Positions 1 through 16,379 are shown, counted from the first letter of the stretch. The stretch is 64,000 bases of DNA from Guillardia theta CCMP2712 (GCF_000315625.1 NW_005434612.1:329038-393037), one strand, 5' to 3'. The notes: a model not told the origin generated them from the sequence alone. Program-made: numbers and translations.

Positions 1-743
1 TCTCCTCGTACACGTCCTCCCCGACCTTCTTGTTTCCTTTCTTCCCCATCGATCCGTTTGCCTCCCGTTTCCCTCCTCTCGGTCGCCCTCCCCCGCGTCC
101 CGCCGGGCTCGAGCCTTGACCACTCTTGCCGCCACCTCTCCCTCCTCCTCTCCCTCCTCCTCTCCCCCGCCCCCCGCCTCGCCCTCCTCCTCCCTTCCCT
201 CCGTCCCCTCCTCCTCGTCCTACTGCGCTTCGCTGCTTCACAGTTCCTGCCATAGCGCACGTGCAATGCGGGCCAACCCCTACACTGTCGGAATCTCTTC
301 AGAAGCTTCCAACGCTAAACTCACAAATATGTCTAAATTTTAGATTTAATCATAGTATTAAAACTAATGTATGTCATTTTAGTGTTAATTGTATTTTGAG
401 TGAAAGTGCAGGGGAGTTTGTTGACAGCGCAGGCGACTGAAAACGGGGGAGGAAGCAGGGGAGAGGAGGAGGAGGGAGGGACTGAGGACTGAGGGGAGGG
501 GAAGGAGGTGAACAGAGGGGGAGGGAGGGGGAGGGAGAGTTGTTGAGGAGAGCTCCAGGTGATGTTTTGAGGTAGAGGACTATAGTGCATGTCATGAAAT
601 GGCCGCCCTGCCCGCGACCTCTTCAAATTCCTCCGAATGAACTGACAGCATGTTTGTCCTCCAGGGCTAAAGGCCAACTCACCGTCGGTCTTGTTTGATA
701 CTAGCATCAACTAGCTTTCATCCGCATCCAACAGCTCTTCAGC

Positions 744-2117
744 ATGAGCAGAGCGGATAGCAGCCTGTTACTTGCAGGGGAGGAGGAGCAGGGCCAGGGC
801 AAGTACACCGACATCGATGAAGCGACCCCTTCCAAGAAGCCGCCGCTGTCGACCCTCAGGCTCATCTGTCTTAACATGCACGCTTTCAACTATGGCTTGT
901 TCTATGCTTCGGTCGGCGTGCTCCTGCTCCCGGAGGAGGCCCTGCACATGTTCAACGAGTCGCACGCGATCTTCCTAGCTGTCATGTTGGTCATAGCCGG
1001 GGTCAGCCAGCTGATCTCACCTGCAGCGGGGTATTGGTCTGATAGGTTGATCTCTAGAATGGGTCGTAGGATGCCCTTCATCTTGGGGGGGAACTTGGTC
1101 TTGTTCTTGTCTCTGGGGTGTATGTATCTAGCAAGGACGTACTTGTACGGTTACACTTACCTGCTTCTTCTCTTCGTGGCAGTCTTGGCTCTCAATGTTG
1201 CCTACACTGGCTTCACTGGGCTTGTGTCAGATGTTGTCGACATGTCACAGATGGGATACGCGTCGGGAATCATGGGGGGGTTGACGGCAGCAGGGGCAGT
1301 GCTGGGACTGGTCAGTCTGGGCTTCTGGATCCCGCTGGACATGGCGTACGGACTGTACGCCATTGCAGTGGTCGCAACGACGCCCTTCACTTGGCTGTCT
1401 GTTCGAGACGCTCCGCTGCCCTTCGACAAGCAGAAACCTTACCTCTTCTCGGAGCTGCTCAAGAGCTACTGGATCTCCCCGACGACCCACGGGGATTTCT
1501 TCTGGGTGTTCGTCTCGCGTACTTTCTACTACATGGGTGTTTCCATTCAGATATACATCTTGTACTACCTCAAGGATACCATGAAAGACCCTGAGATCAG
1601 CGGCAATGCACAGAAATACACTGCGATCCTATGCATTCTGTCCCAGAGCGCGTCAGGAATCGTCGCTGCGGTCTCCGGCAAGTTCTCAGACGGGATGGGC
1701 AGGAAACCTCTAATCTACTTCTCCTGCCTCATCATGGCCTTGGTGTACATCGGTTACTGCTTCATCGATGACTACCAGTGGGTCATCGCTCTTGGCCTCT
1801 GCTACGGAGCCAGTAATGGGGTCTATTTGGCGGTAGACTATGCCCTGGCTGTCGAGTGTCTGCCACAGAAGGAAGACCATGCTCGCGATCTTGCGATGTG
1901 GGGCATTGCCGCCTTCTTGGGCACAATGTTCGGTCCCTGCGTTACTGGCCCCATGCTGACCATCATCGGTGGCCAAGGGACAAGCCATTATGCATTCCGT
2001 GGCTACGTCGCTGTCATGATGACTGGAGTGGTGTACTGTGCTTTCTGCGGAGGTTTCATCTACCGCGTGCGGAAGGGAGAACCGACGTATCATTTTTCAG
2101 AGAGCGAAAATGTTTAG
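744..2117 (+). CDS. Major facilitator superfamily transporter (SLC45/sucrose-symporter-like), single exon
   Basis: 457-aa ORF with about 12 hydrophobic segments. MFS loop motifs 'AGYWSDRLISRMGRRMPF' and 'GKFSDGMGRK'. Confidence 0.9.
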   Translation: MSRADSSLLLAGEEEQGQGKYTDIDEATPSKKPPLSTLRLICLNMHAFNYGLFYASVGVLLLPEEALHMFNESHAIFLAVMLVIAGVSQLISPAAGYWSDRLISRMGRRMPFILGGNLVLFLSLGCMYLARTYLYGYTYLLLLFVAVLALNVAYTGFTGLVSDVVDMSQMGYASGIMGGLTAAGAVLGLVSLGFWIPLDMAYGLYAIAVVATTPFTWLSVRDAPLPFDKQKPYLFSELLKSYWISPTTHGDFFWVFVSRTFYYMGVSIQIYILYYLKDTMKDPEISGNAQKYTAILCILSQSASGIVAAVSGKFSDGMGRKPLIYFSCLIMALVYIGYCFIDDYQWVIALGLCYGASNGVYLAVDYALAVECLPQKEDHARDLAMWGIAAFLGTMFGPCVTGPMLTIIGGQGTSHYAFRGYVAVMMTGVVYCAFCGGFIYRVRKGEPTYHFSESENV

Positions 2118-2483
2118 ATAGATAGTTGCGAAGGTAATGAATTACCTTGTGAATCGGACGGAAATTCGAAAGTAATCTCACCTTTATTATCAAGATGCAA
2201 ACAAACACAATCTGCCAAAGCTTGCTAACTGGACGAATGAACGAACCAGTCATCAGACTGCTCATTATTTCTTGTGCAATTCACTAGTGCTAGAAATCTG
2301 ATGGTTCTAATCTCAAGATCCTAAAAACCAAAATGTCAGGAAACAAAGCTCTCAAAGATTGTGCATTTTTCTTGTCCGCAGCTTCCATACCCCCTCACAG
2401 TAAGGTGTGCCGATTCCTATACTTCGCAGAGAATATTGCGGTTATGATACCAAATAATATCTTTGCAACCAATTGAAAATCAT

Positions 2484-3011
2484 TCAGCTCACATACGAGA
2501 ATGGGTTGCCCTTGATCTGGCGCGAAATGTAATCTTGATTGAATCGCGTGAAAGAATGGAACTGTTCTGCGAGCTTGAAGTTCAAGATCTTGTTGTATTC
2601 TTCCCTCAGTGCTGTTTCCCTCTGCTGTACCACTTTGCTCACAATGCTTGTAAGCTCCTCGTGCGTATAAAGCTTCTCAGATGGTCTATCCGTATTCACC
2701 ACGGGCTGTTCGCCTTCGTTCATGTTCTTCTTTGACTGCTGAATGTGCTTCCGAACATATCCATCGATTTCTTCTGATTCTATCGGCCTCGTCGCTGGAA
2801 AAGGATTCTCCCTCACACCAACCCCGATCGGTACACCAGCCTGCGCAGCTTTCGTTGCCATCATCTCCGCATACCTCTGTCTTTTGGAGATCTGCAAAAG
2901 ATCCATTGAGGAAGAATCTGTGCCAAGGTGCGCCGACATGGAGCACGTGGTCGGTAGCGCATCACTGAGCGTTTCCAGATCCAAAGGTCGCTTCATTCCA
3001 ATCATCGTCAT
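2484..3011 (-). CDS. AKIRIN: Akirin homolog (about 175 aa, ATG at 3011)
   Basis: N-terminal 'MKRPLDL...KRQR' NLS region. C-terminal 'RETALREEYNKILNFKLAEQFHSFTRFNQDYISRQIKGNPFSYVS*' matches the akirin signature, including the terminal SYVS. Confidence 0.9.
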   Translation of the reverse strand: MTMIGMKRPLDLETLSDALPTTCSMSAHLGTDSSSMDLLQISKRQRYAEMMATKAAQAGVPIGVGVRENPFPATRPIESEEIDGYVRKHIQQSKKNMNEGEQPVVNTDRPSEKLYTHEELTSIVSKVVQQRETALREEYNKILNFKLAEQFHSFTRFNQDYISRQIKGNPFSYVS

Positions 3012-4560
3012 TCTTGGGATTTTGGATTTGTCTGTGTCGATGTTAAATAAGCTTTGATATCCCGTGGAGTTTTTCCAATCAGTCAAGATGAGAAACAATC
3101 TGAGCTTATCCTGCCCAAAAGCGTTAGTCAGATGATAAGGTAATTTCCCCAAATGTTTGGACCATCAAAGTTGTAAAGGAATCTTCCGATTCATACTTTC
3201 ATTTCAAGCCACCAATACCCTAGCTTTCTGCTCTCAGTTCCTCGTGAAACCTATGCAGGCCAACACAGAGACCAATCGACAAGAAATATGAACATACGCT
3301 GTAAGATTGGTTATATTTGATATGCTATCGAGGACTACGCATGTACGAATATATCAAATTCCTTTGAACGAACAGAAACAACTTCCTCCATTTGATCTTC
3401 GTGTTCAAGAATTCAACAACCAAATGTATCATCGAAAGGTAGACAAGTCTTGCTCACAACATAAAAATTCCAAAGGACTGAATGGACCTTCCTCATAATG
3501 AACTAGCCATCAAACCCCCATTCTGCCCTAAACGAGACCGCTTACACTAAACCAGAAACTATGCTGATCGCCTATCATAAATCATGTACAAACCTTTCAA
3601 AGAACAAGCTCTTGGCTAAAGTAGATGCATCAGAACTATTACAAACACTGATTCTACTCCTCTCGCGTCCCTTCCCCCCGTCCACTCCTCAACCATGGCC
3701 TTGCTTCACTGCACTTCGAGCAGAGGAGCGGCGATGGCGGTAAGAGCCGCTCTTTTGGTCCCACCCTAAAACAACACCCCAGAAATCTCCCACCCCCCTT
3801 TTCTCACCATCATATCGTCAGACCCCAGAAAATCATATGAGAAGAACCCCCTTTTCTCTGACAACGAACGGGTATGCGACTACCCCTACCCCAAGATATC
3901 TCTGGAACCCTACCTCTGGGTACCCTCATTCAAATTATCAGTACACGCGGTATGGCAGGCCTCCACCCAGGTACGGAATTTAAAACCGATGCATATTACA
4001 TTTTAATACATTACTGCTTCTTAATATTTTATTTTATGAATGTATCTGCAGGCTCCTTGGTATGATTTTTGTACAACTTTAAAAAACTTTTATCCCTCTA
4101 TTTTCTCGAGCTGACCTGACCATTTTGAGCTGGGTATATTGTTATTGTGAACATAATGGTACCAATATTTATATAATAATGGATGCATGGTAGAAACAAA
4201 GAGTTACCGGGTCCTAACGGTCCGGTACAATCTGTTGCAATGGTACAGATTTCAATGGATAACTGCACCAAAACCAAAACTTTCACAGTTCCCCTCAACC
4301 TTCCTGGTGTATCTTTGAAAAAGTGTAGGATTGGTTAAATATCTTGCTCCTCAACATCAGCACAATTTTAAAGAGGAAGTTTGTACCACAAGCATCAGTG
4401 CATATCGGTACATTCATGGTACTAATATTATACATATTTTGACAAAAGTTGGATTGATTTTTGTAATAATATTATGAATTCGTGGTACCATTTACTTTCT
4501 TGGGTAGCAAACTCTAAACCTGTTCAAATCGATCGTTACAAAGAATTTGCCGTTGTAACT

Positions 4561-5000
4561 GGCAGTGCCAAACCTGTCAGTGTTGGGCCCGGCCCGGCTT
4601 GCCGCTTCCCGGCGGCCGCCCGGTCACCAGCCACCGCACGGTGACGACGGTATCGTGGCACCGTCCGGAGTCCGATGCTGTGACGGTCCGATCACCGGGT
4701 CCCGCCGGGCGCGGACGGTCCGATCCGATCATGATCCGATCGGATGACTCTTGAATCCGATCCGCCGCGCCGCAAGGCGGAAGTTCCGAGTTCGGCTCAC
4801 TTGAACTCAGTGATCGGACTGTTTCAAGTTCCAGCGGCCGAACTAGTACTAGCCGGTCCGCCGAGTGACATGATGAACCGGGCTTCGCGGGTCACGGGGG
4901 CACTGGATCGGGCTGCCGCGCCACGCTGCCGTACTACTAGCTACGGCCCGGCCGCAGTACTACCGGCGTGACACTGGAACCTTGGCACTACTGTGACCTG
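4561..5000. repeat. GC-rich island of short palindromic words (CCGG/GTSAC/CASTG/GATC class)
   Basis: Dense ccgg, gtcac/gtgac, ccgatc and actagt. The 14-mer gaagttccgagttc (4780-4793) is the exact reverse complement of 7692-7705. Confidence 0.6.
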
Positions 5001-5401
5001 ATCTGAGTGGGAAAGCGGTGCCAACGGCGGTGAATGCAATTTAACTAGTAAACGGGCCAAACAATCGGATCGGACGGCAACTTCACTGTCTCAGGCTGCA
5101 AGCACTGTCAAGCGAGGTGCTCCCGCGCCGCCGGGGCGACAGTGCGGCGGCACATTAGAAACGGTCCGCTGATGCTGCAGTGCCGGCCCTCACTGAGTCA
5201 GCAAGCCTCCGGCTATCGAAAGACTCTCGTAGCTCAGACGCCGTTTCAGCTACCGGCCAAGACTCAGGCTGTAGGATCAGCGCCATTATCCCGCAGTGAC
5301 TCAGCATGACTACATCTGCCGCTGCCAGTTGAGCAGACCGTCTTACAGACCGAGTCACAAAGCGAGCAGCAGCCAAACCGCGTGTTGAGAGTGCGGTCAG
5401 C

Positions 5402-7143
5402 TTAGAAGAAGTCAGCGATAGAGTCAACGTAGTAATTCGCCTGCAAAGATGTCAGTGGAAGACCTTCAGGACACCAAGCGCAACATGAAGTAAGAACAAG
5501 TGAAAGTGAAGTTAAGGAGGAATCAGTGAGGGAGACGAGGGAATAGAATGAAAGGGGTTCAGCAGAACGAGTGGAAGATGAAACAAAGGTGCCTTGCCTT
5601 GATCTTGTTGTTCGCTGAAAGATACTTCTCCTCCGTAGTGACACCGGACAAGGTCAGGCAGCTGACGCATCCGTTGCTGTTGCCGAAGACAATGTCCGTG
5701 TCCAATCTGTCACCGACCTGCAAGATCACCATATCATCAACCACTATCACTGATGCATCGTAAGTGGGGCACCATGCAGATCCTTGATCGATCGATCTTG
5801 TACTTGTCGGCAATGTAGTCGATCATCAGGCTGCACAGCCGTCAGCATTTGAACCTCGGACTAAACGCGCCCTCACGGTGATGGCTTGCCAACAACAGTT
5901 GGCTCCTTTCCAGTGCACCCCTTGATAGCGCCAGCCATGGAGCCATTTCCAGCCCATTCCTTCAGCGTTCTCTTAGTGACTGCATGTAATCATGATCAGC
6001 TGACCTGCGCGTCGGTCAAGTGGGTGACGGCATCCAAGTTAGTGACGATGAACTGACATCCAGGGTTTTCGTTGATGCACAACTGCCCATCTTGTCAGAA
6101 GGATGCCTTGCGTGCTATGCAATGCTGCACTGCCATGTACCTGAGCGTACTGGATCTTGTAATAGTTGATGTAGCGGTCAAAGCCGACAATGACGGCACC
6201 AACATCCTCATCGTGAGGAAGAGCAAAACCTGTTTGTAACAGTTACAATGACATTCAAACGTGGCAAAGCAAGCAAAAAGTAAAAATAAAACAAATGCAC
6301 CAGGCTTCAGCTCGATCGTCTTCGCCTTGTCATTTTCTCCACCAGTCCTGGGGATACAGTTTATCACAAACATCTACGTGTGAGTGCAGCATTGAAAACG
6401 CTTGACCCTCTCTTTCACATACAAGTGTGCTCCTCTCTGCCGTCCTGCCATTCTCACCATGGAACGTTGATGAGGTCCAACTCTTCCTGGATGCCTCGCT
6501 CGCCGATGATGTATACTTTCTTCCCAGTCTCCTTGAACTTGGTTTGCTCAAGGTATGCAGCTGCTGCAAACGATGAAGAAAAAATCTCCTCGGGATTGAC
6601 GTTCAGTCCTGTAAAGGAACACGTCACAACCACCCAAATACTCTTTTGTACTTGCCCAAAGAGTCGAACTTGGCCTTGTAACCCTTGCGGCTCTTGGTGC
6701 TGTTGTTCGTAACGAAGAAAATCTTCTTTCCGGCTGCTCGAAGTTTCTCGAGCACCTCGGGAACACCTGGGATCAAGCTATCTCCCTTCCAAATCACTCC
6801 ATCGCAATCGAAGATGAACACGTCGACAGAGTCCAGCATCTTGACTGAAAATCATCAAGAACAAATGAGTCAATGGTCAAATATGCATTACAAGCAAACG
6901 ACCTGCAGAGTCCGGCGTCAGTTTCATCGTCGTCTCTGGGGAAGCAGCCGACGGCGCTGCCATCATCATCGGGGCGTACCCGCCCCTTACACGGATTGTT
7001 GGCCTAACCATCGTCTTCGAGATGGACTGAGCCTTTGAGAGCTGGGGTGCTCGAAGGAGCAGGGGACGAGATGAGACCAGGGAGGAGAAGGCGGTTGCCT
7101 GCGCCGCCATGGCCAACAGAACCGCCGCCGACAGAGTCCGCAT
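5402..7143 (-). CDS. PGP: Plastid-targeted phosphoglycolate phosphatase (HAD class IIA), multi-exon
   Basis: HAD motifs 'FIFDCDGVIWKG', 'FVTNNSTKSR' and 'VGDRLDTDIVFG...LTLSGVT', with last exon 'ANYYVDSIADFF*'. Bipartite presequence MRTLSAAVLLAMAAQATA-F. Confidence 0.93.
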
Positions 7144-7369
7144 TGCCTTGATAGAAAAGTTTCTGGTTTGCGAGTGGGTTGCAGATATGACGGTGGGGTA
7201 CTACAGATACGGGTAATTCCAGGAGAAGAATAGGGGGTAATCCACAGATCAAATTGTAAATATGAGGGGTGGTGATATGTACCCACCCAAATACTATATG
7301 ACATCTAAGATGGAGGGAGGCGTGAGACGGGGTAGGTATCTGCTGTAAAATAGCTAGTTGACCCGGCGA

Positions 7370-8520
7370 TGCCAGTCAGGCCTAGGCTGAGTTGAAACCC
7401 GGAGTACGAGGACAATCGGTGGCAGGAGAGTCGAGGTTGGCCGAAACAGTGTACCGACTCCCCCGGCGGCGTCGGGCCGGGAGTCCTGGTCCGAGCCCGG
7501 GATTCCGGCGCCGGGCCCGGCCTCCGGGTCTGTTCCGTGACAGTCACAGTCATTCAAAGTTGAGTCACAGTCACTCTTTAGCCTCGGACTCCGACACTCA
7601 GTGAGCCGACTGACCGTACTCGTCACAGTGATGTCAGATCCGGGAGGCTGTCAATGACTCCGCGGCAGTGCGGCGACCCAGCTAACTTCCGGAACTCGGA
7701 ACTTCGGAACGGTCACCGTTCGTGACAGTGACTTGAAGGCTTGCCGGGCAACGCGGCCGGCGTCACTGCCACTCAGTGACTGCGGCACACGAAACCAGCG
7801 GTCAGCCTTGCGCCAAGTTGAAAAATTCGGAACTTCCGAATCAGTGCCACAGTGACGGTCCGGCCCGGCCCAGGCCCGGGCCGCGCGTACCGTACCGTAC
7901 GGTCACCGGGTAGTACAGTACGGCCCGGGCACGGACGGTCACGGCGCCGCCGAGCCACTGGACCTGAGTGGGCCGCACTGAACTTGACTCACTGTAAGTT
8001 ACGCCTAAGGGGCGTCACGCTACTAGTGAGTCACTGAACGGAGTCAGGCTGACTGGCCGGGCCCGGTTGGCACTGAGCCCGGGCCGGGCCGCACAGGCGG
8101 GCGGCATTGAAGCGGCCGCGGGCACTGCGGCAGTCACTGGCGCATGCTATCCGACTCGGCGGCGATGATATCAGTCGATCCACTGTTTGACTCAGTGACT
8201 CGGAAGCCGCGACGATCTCATCCGAGTCAACTTTCCGAACTGTCAGTCGGATGCCGCCGGTGACGGTCACGGTTCCGATTCTCAGGCATAATCGGTTCAC
8301 CGTGACTGACAATTCCGACTCGTTCCGAAGTTCTGCCGGGCCACTGAGCGGCGTGACTCAGTAGTACGCACTGGCTCGGCCAGCAGGTCACCGGCACTGC
8401 AACTTGGCAAGTTCCGATCCGGGTCCGATCAAAAGTGGGTCCGGCGAGTCCCGGAGTCGGCGGCGGCGACTCCCAGGGCCAGCGGCAAGCCTGCCAAGTT
8501 TTTCGGTACTGAAGTTGCAC
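7370..8520. repeat. GC-rich island of short palindromic words (largest copy)
   Basis: No credible ORF. Iterated words such as cggaacttc, gtaccgtaccgtacggtcac, ggcccgggcc and cagtg/cactg are shared with 4561-5000 and 46880-47450. Confidence 0.6.
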
Positions 8521-8529
8521 CTCATGAAA

Positions 8530-9350
8530 TGGTCTTTACCCACCCCATGCTCTTGGAGCACCCCACCATCTCTTCGGAGTATTCCGTAGCATACCACCCC
8601 ACCATTACACCCTTCCCCGTTGTATCATTCCTTTAAAGCACCCTACCCCCTTGATCATCCCACGGTGCCCTCCGCATGTCCCGACTGCGCCTGAACTTGC
8701 GGCCCCCCCTCCAGTGACCGGTTTTTACTACGAGCTTGCTCATGTAGTAATGAGTACCCCCACCCATGGAGTTATCGGGAAACTCTCCAAGCCAGGAGCA
8801 GGAGGACCGGCTAATAAATAAACAGGGACAAGAGGGTACCCCAGAAGAATGGATCTGTGGGGGTGGGCCGTTGCCTTGGGGAGGTGGTGGGTCCTTGGGT
8901 TCTGTTCCGAAAAAAAAGTTGGAAGCAAGTTTAGTCGATTTTTTACTTGTGTTATTTGAAATTGTCAGGTTAATTTCGAACAAAGTTTGAAATCTCTTAT
9001 GTTGACACCGAAAACATGTATTGAGCCCAGGTGGGGGTACCAGTACTTTGACTAGTAGTAAAAGTGTATGGTGGGTAGTTCAATTTCTGGGGTACGACTT
9101 GATCCTGGGGTCTGACCACTGCAGGTAGTGTAAATAATAATAGGGGGTAGGGTAGGTGTCACATATCGAGAAAAGAATGATTGAAATCCAGGGTAGGGTG
9201 CTCTTCATTCCCATATCCTTGGGGAAAAGGGGGTGTTTTTGACTAGGGAAATACGGGTACGGCGCGGAGGAGATGATCTGTACCAGTACCGGGAAGAGGG
9301 GTGGGCCAAGGAATTGATCCGATCGGGGGTTGGGGTGGGAACAAGAGTCG
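8530..9350. other. GGGGTAG/GTACC-rich intergenic island
   Basis: Recurrent gggggtagggtagg (about 9143-9156), accctacccc and ggggtacc on both strands. No coding signal. Confidence 0.45.
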
Positions 9351-10016
9351 AACCTTTTAGTCAATCATTCGTAATCGATAACTGCCGCATGGCGGGGGAA
9401 GGGGGGCCGCGAGGGCATAGTGAGATGAGAAGGAGAGTTGGAGAGGGAGATGCTGATACTTGATACACATCCATGTGTAAATGTATCGAAACTTTTGTGA
9501 GAAATATCTCAAGCCTCTCTCAATGAGTCCCTGTGAATTTTGTTTTGGCGTGTTGGAAGAGTTTGATTCTTTGTGATAAGTCGATACGATGTCCAACAGA
9601 AATTCCCTTAGAAATGAGAATGCTAGGCGTCTCCCCGCATAATTTTTCACATGGATACCATTGTATTTGTCCGATTGTGTACTATAAGCGCCCCTGCAAG
9701 ACTCAGAAGGGTGCAATGCATGCTTTTGGGTTTGGAACGATTTGTGCTTGTTTGAAAATGTAGACGCTGCGTAATTTGAAGCTAAATCCCCACTTGACAA
9801 ATTGGCTTTAGTCGTTCTGAATTAGTTCTTATTGATTCGAATTTTGGAAGGATTCCTGTTCTTCTCGAGATTTCAGTGATTGTATATCCCATCATTATCC
9901 TACTCAAAAAAATTGTACACCATATCAAACATGTATCTTCCCATAATGTAAAAGTTGACGATTTGTACAGGAAAAGCAAAACGGCCACCAAGTTTCAGCA
10001 GGAGCGGGGAATCACC

Positions 10017-10517
10017 ATGACCGACGCTAGCTTGCCTTCCACCCCCACAGAGCAATTTGACTTCTGTCCAAAGACTTCGGTGGCAGTGAAGCCTCCTGGT
10101 GCAAACCGCCGAATGCGAATAGCCAGACCAAACCTGTCCAGCACAACGAGGAAGACGTACAGTGGGATGCGAGATCGGGACCTTCAAAACTGGGCAGGGC
10201 AGCTGTTGAGGAGAAAGCTGGATGACCTGATCGATGGAAGAGGGGAGCAGAACGATGAAGAAGATTTGGGCGCCAGAGACCACGAGAACGATGCGGGAGA
10301 CGAAGGTGGGACACAGCAGAGGACATCGGGAGCTCATGAGCCCCCAACAGCTGCCACCAACACGAGGGTTCACGATGAGGAAAGAGCAAGATTGAATGAG
10401 GGGACAAAGAGCTCAACCACAGGCACGCGGAGGGTGACGAAAAGGAGGAGTAATGCAGAAGAAAAGTTGGAAACTAGCAAGGTAAGAAGAAGCAGCAGGT
10501 TGCAAAAGCAAAACTAA
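10017..10517 (+). CDS. Hypothetical low-complexity protein, possibly a transposon-derived remnant
   Basis: Open frame from ATG 10017 ending 'KVRRSSRLQKQN*'. No recognisable domain. Confidence 0.3.
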   Translation: MTDASLPSTPTEQFDFCPKTSVAVKPPGANRRMRIARPNLSSTTRKTYSGMRDRDLQNWAGQLLRRKLDDLIDGRGEQNDEEDLGARDHENDAGDEGGTQQRTSGAHEPPTAATNTRVHDEERARLNEGTKSSTTGTRRVTKRRSNAEEKLETSKVRRSSRLQKQN

Positions 10518-11545
10518 AGGGAATAACCTGTCATGTCGATTTCAGCAGCGATGTTGAAAGGACTTATTAACAGCATGGCTTGTGTTTCAATGTTTTGCGG
10601 TGATGATACAAATTCCAAACTCACATTGGGAGCTGATCCGCTGCGTCAACATGTTGTGCAGGGAATGTAACTCACTTCCCTCAGACACTAGAAGTGCTTT
10701 GTCTTAACTCAAGTTAACTCTAGATGATTTCTTAAAAATTAAACCCACCTATTGAAATCCAGCGCTTTTGTGTAAGATACCATTCGATGAAGCCGAGGAA
10801 GCAATGGGAAAGAACGCAGGCACACTTGATTCGTACTCGTATGTTTCTCAAACCAACCTACTAGTAGATGCCTAGTCATGCTTCTATTCCCCCTCTCTTG
10901 TTTTCTCTTCACTATGTGCATGCATCATATTCGAACTCATCTTTCCTCCAATACACCACTCCTCTGCACATCATTTTCGCATCTCTCCCCTCACGATCTC
11001 CTTCTTCGAACTCCCTCCGGTGCCCTGACTCCTTCCCTTTCCCCTTCCATTCCCTTCCCCTCTTCCCTTACCCCTTTTCTCCTGCCAGGTTTCCTGCCAG
11101 CTTCCTGCCAGGTTTCCTGCCAGCTTCCCGAGCTCCCCAGTCTTCTCTACACCAACATCCTGCCTTCCCTCACCTCCCCGCCAAAATTCTACCCCGTCTC
11201 TTCCTTCGCCCATCCTCCGCCCCCCTGAAGTCCGTGTTTCCCCTCCCGGCAAGTGTACCTCAAATTTTTTATTTGCCCAAGGTACCTCCTCCCTGCGGTC
11301 CGGGCCTTACCTTGCCGATCCCTCCGTCCGCCTCCCTGCTCCCTGCTCAGCTTGCTCAGTTCTGCTTCCATCTGCCTACAGCTTGCAACCCGAACCCCAG
11401 CATCCCTCATCCTTGGCCTTGCTCCTTCATACAGACCCTTCCACCCTGATCCGCAAAAGTCGCATCTCAAGATGCGATGGCTACTGCTGCACTTGATCCG
11501 AGCTTGTGAAATTGGACGATCAGTCTCAGCAATATCTGAAGAACA

Positions 11546-16379
<4,834 letters not shown>

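Noticed and set aside
140-540. Inverted repeat between the C-rich 140-220 and G-rich 445-540 tracts
   Set aside because: The complementarity comes from low-complexity CCT/GGA content and is not a specific stem.
3970-4560. AT-rich stretch with 'MDNC..(N)QNF' faintly resembling a transposase motif
   Set aside because: Requires frameshifts, and no further catalytic motifs or termini were found. Too weak without an HMM search.
7680-7960. CRISPR-like or tRNA-like structure in the palindromic island
   Set aside because: No constant-length repeat-spacer periodicity and no cloverleaf with T/D-loop consensus.
4561-8520. Composite transposon carrying PGP between inverted GC-rich arms
   Set aside because: The flanks share only short shuffled words, not colinear terminal inverted repeats, and there is no TSD or transposase.
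11080-11125. 23-bp tandem duplication (cctgccaggtttcctgccagctt x2)
   Set aside because: Short local slippage with no evidence of function.
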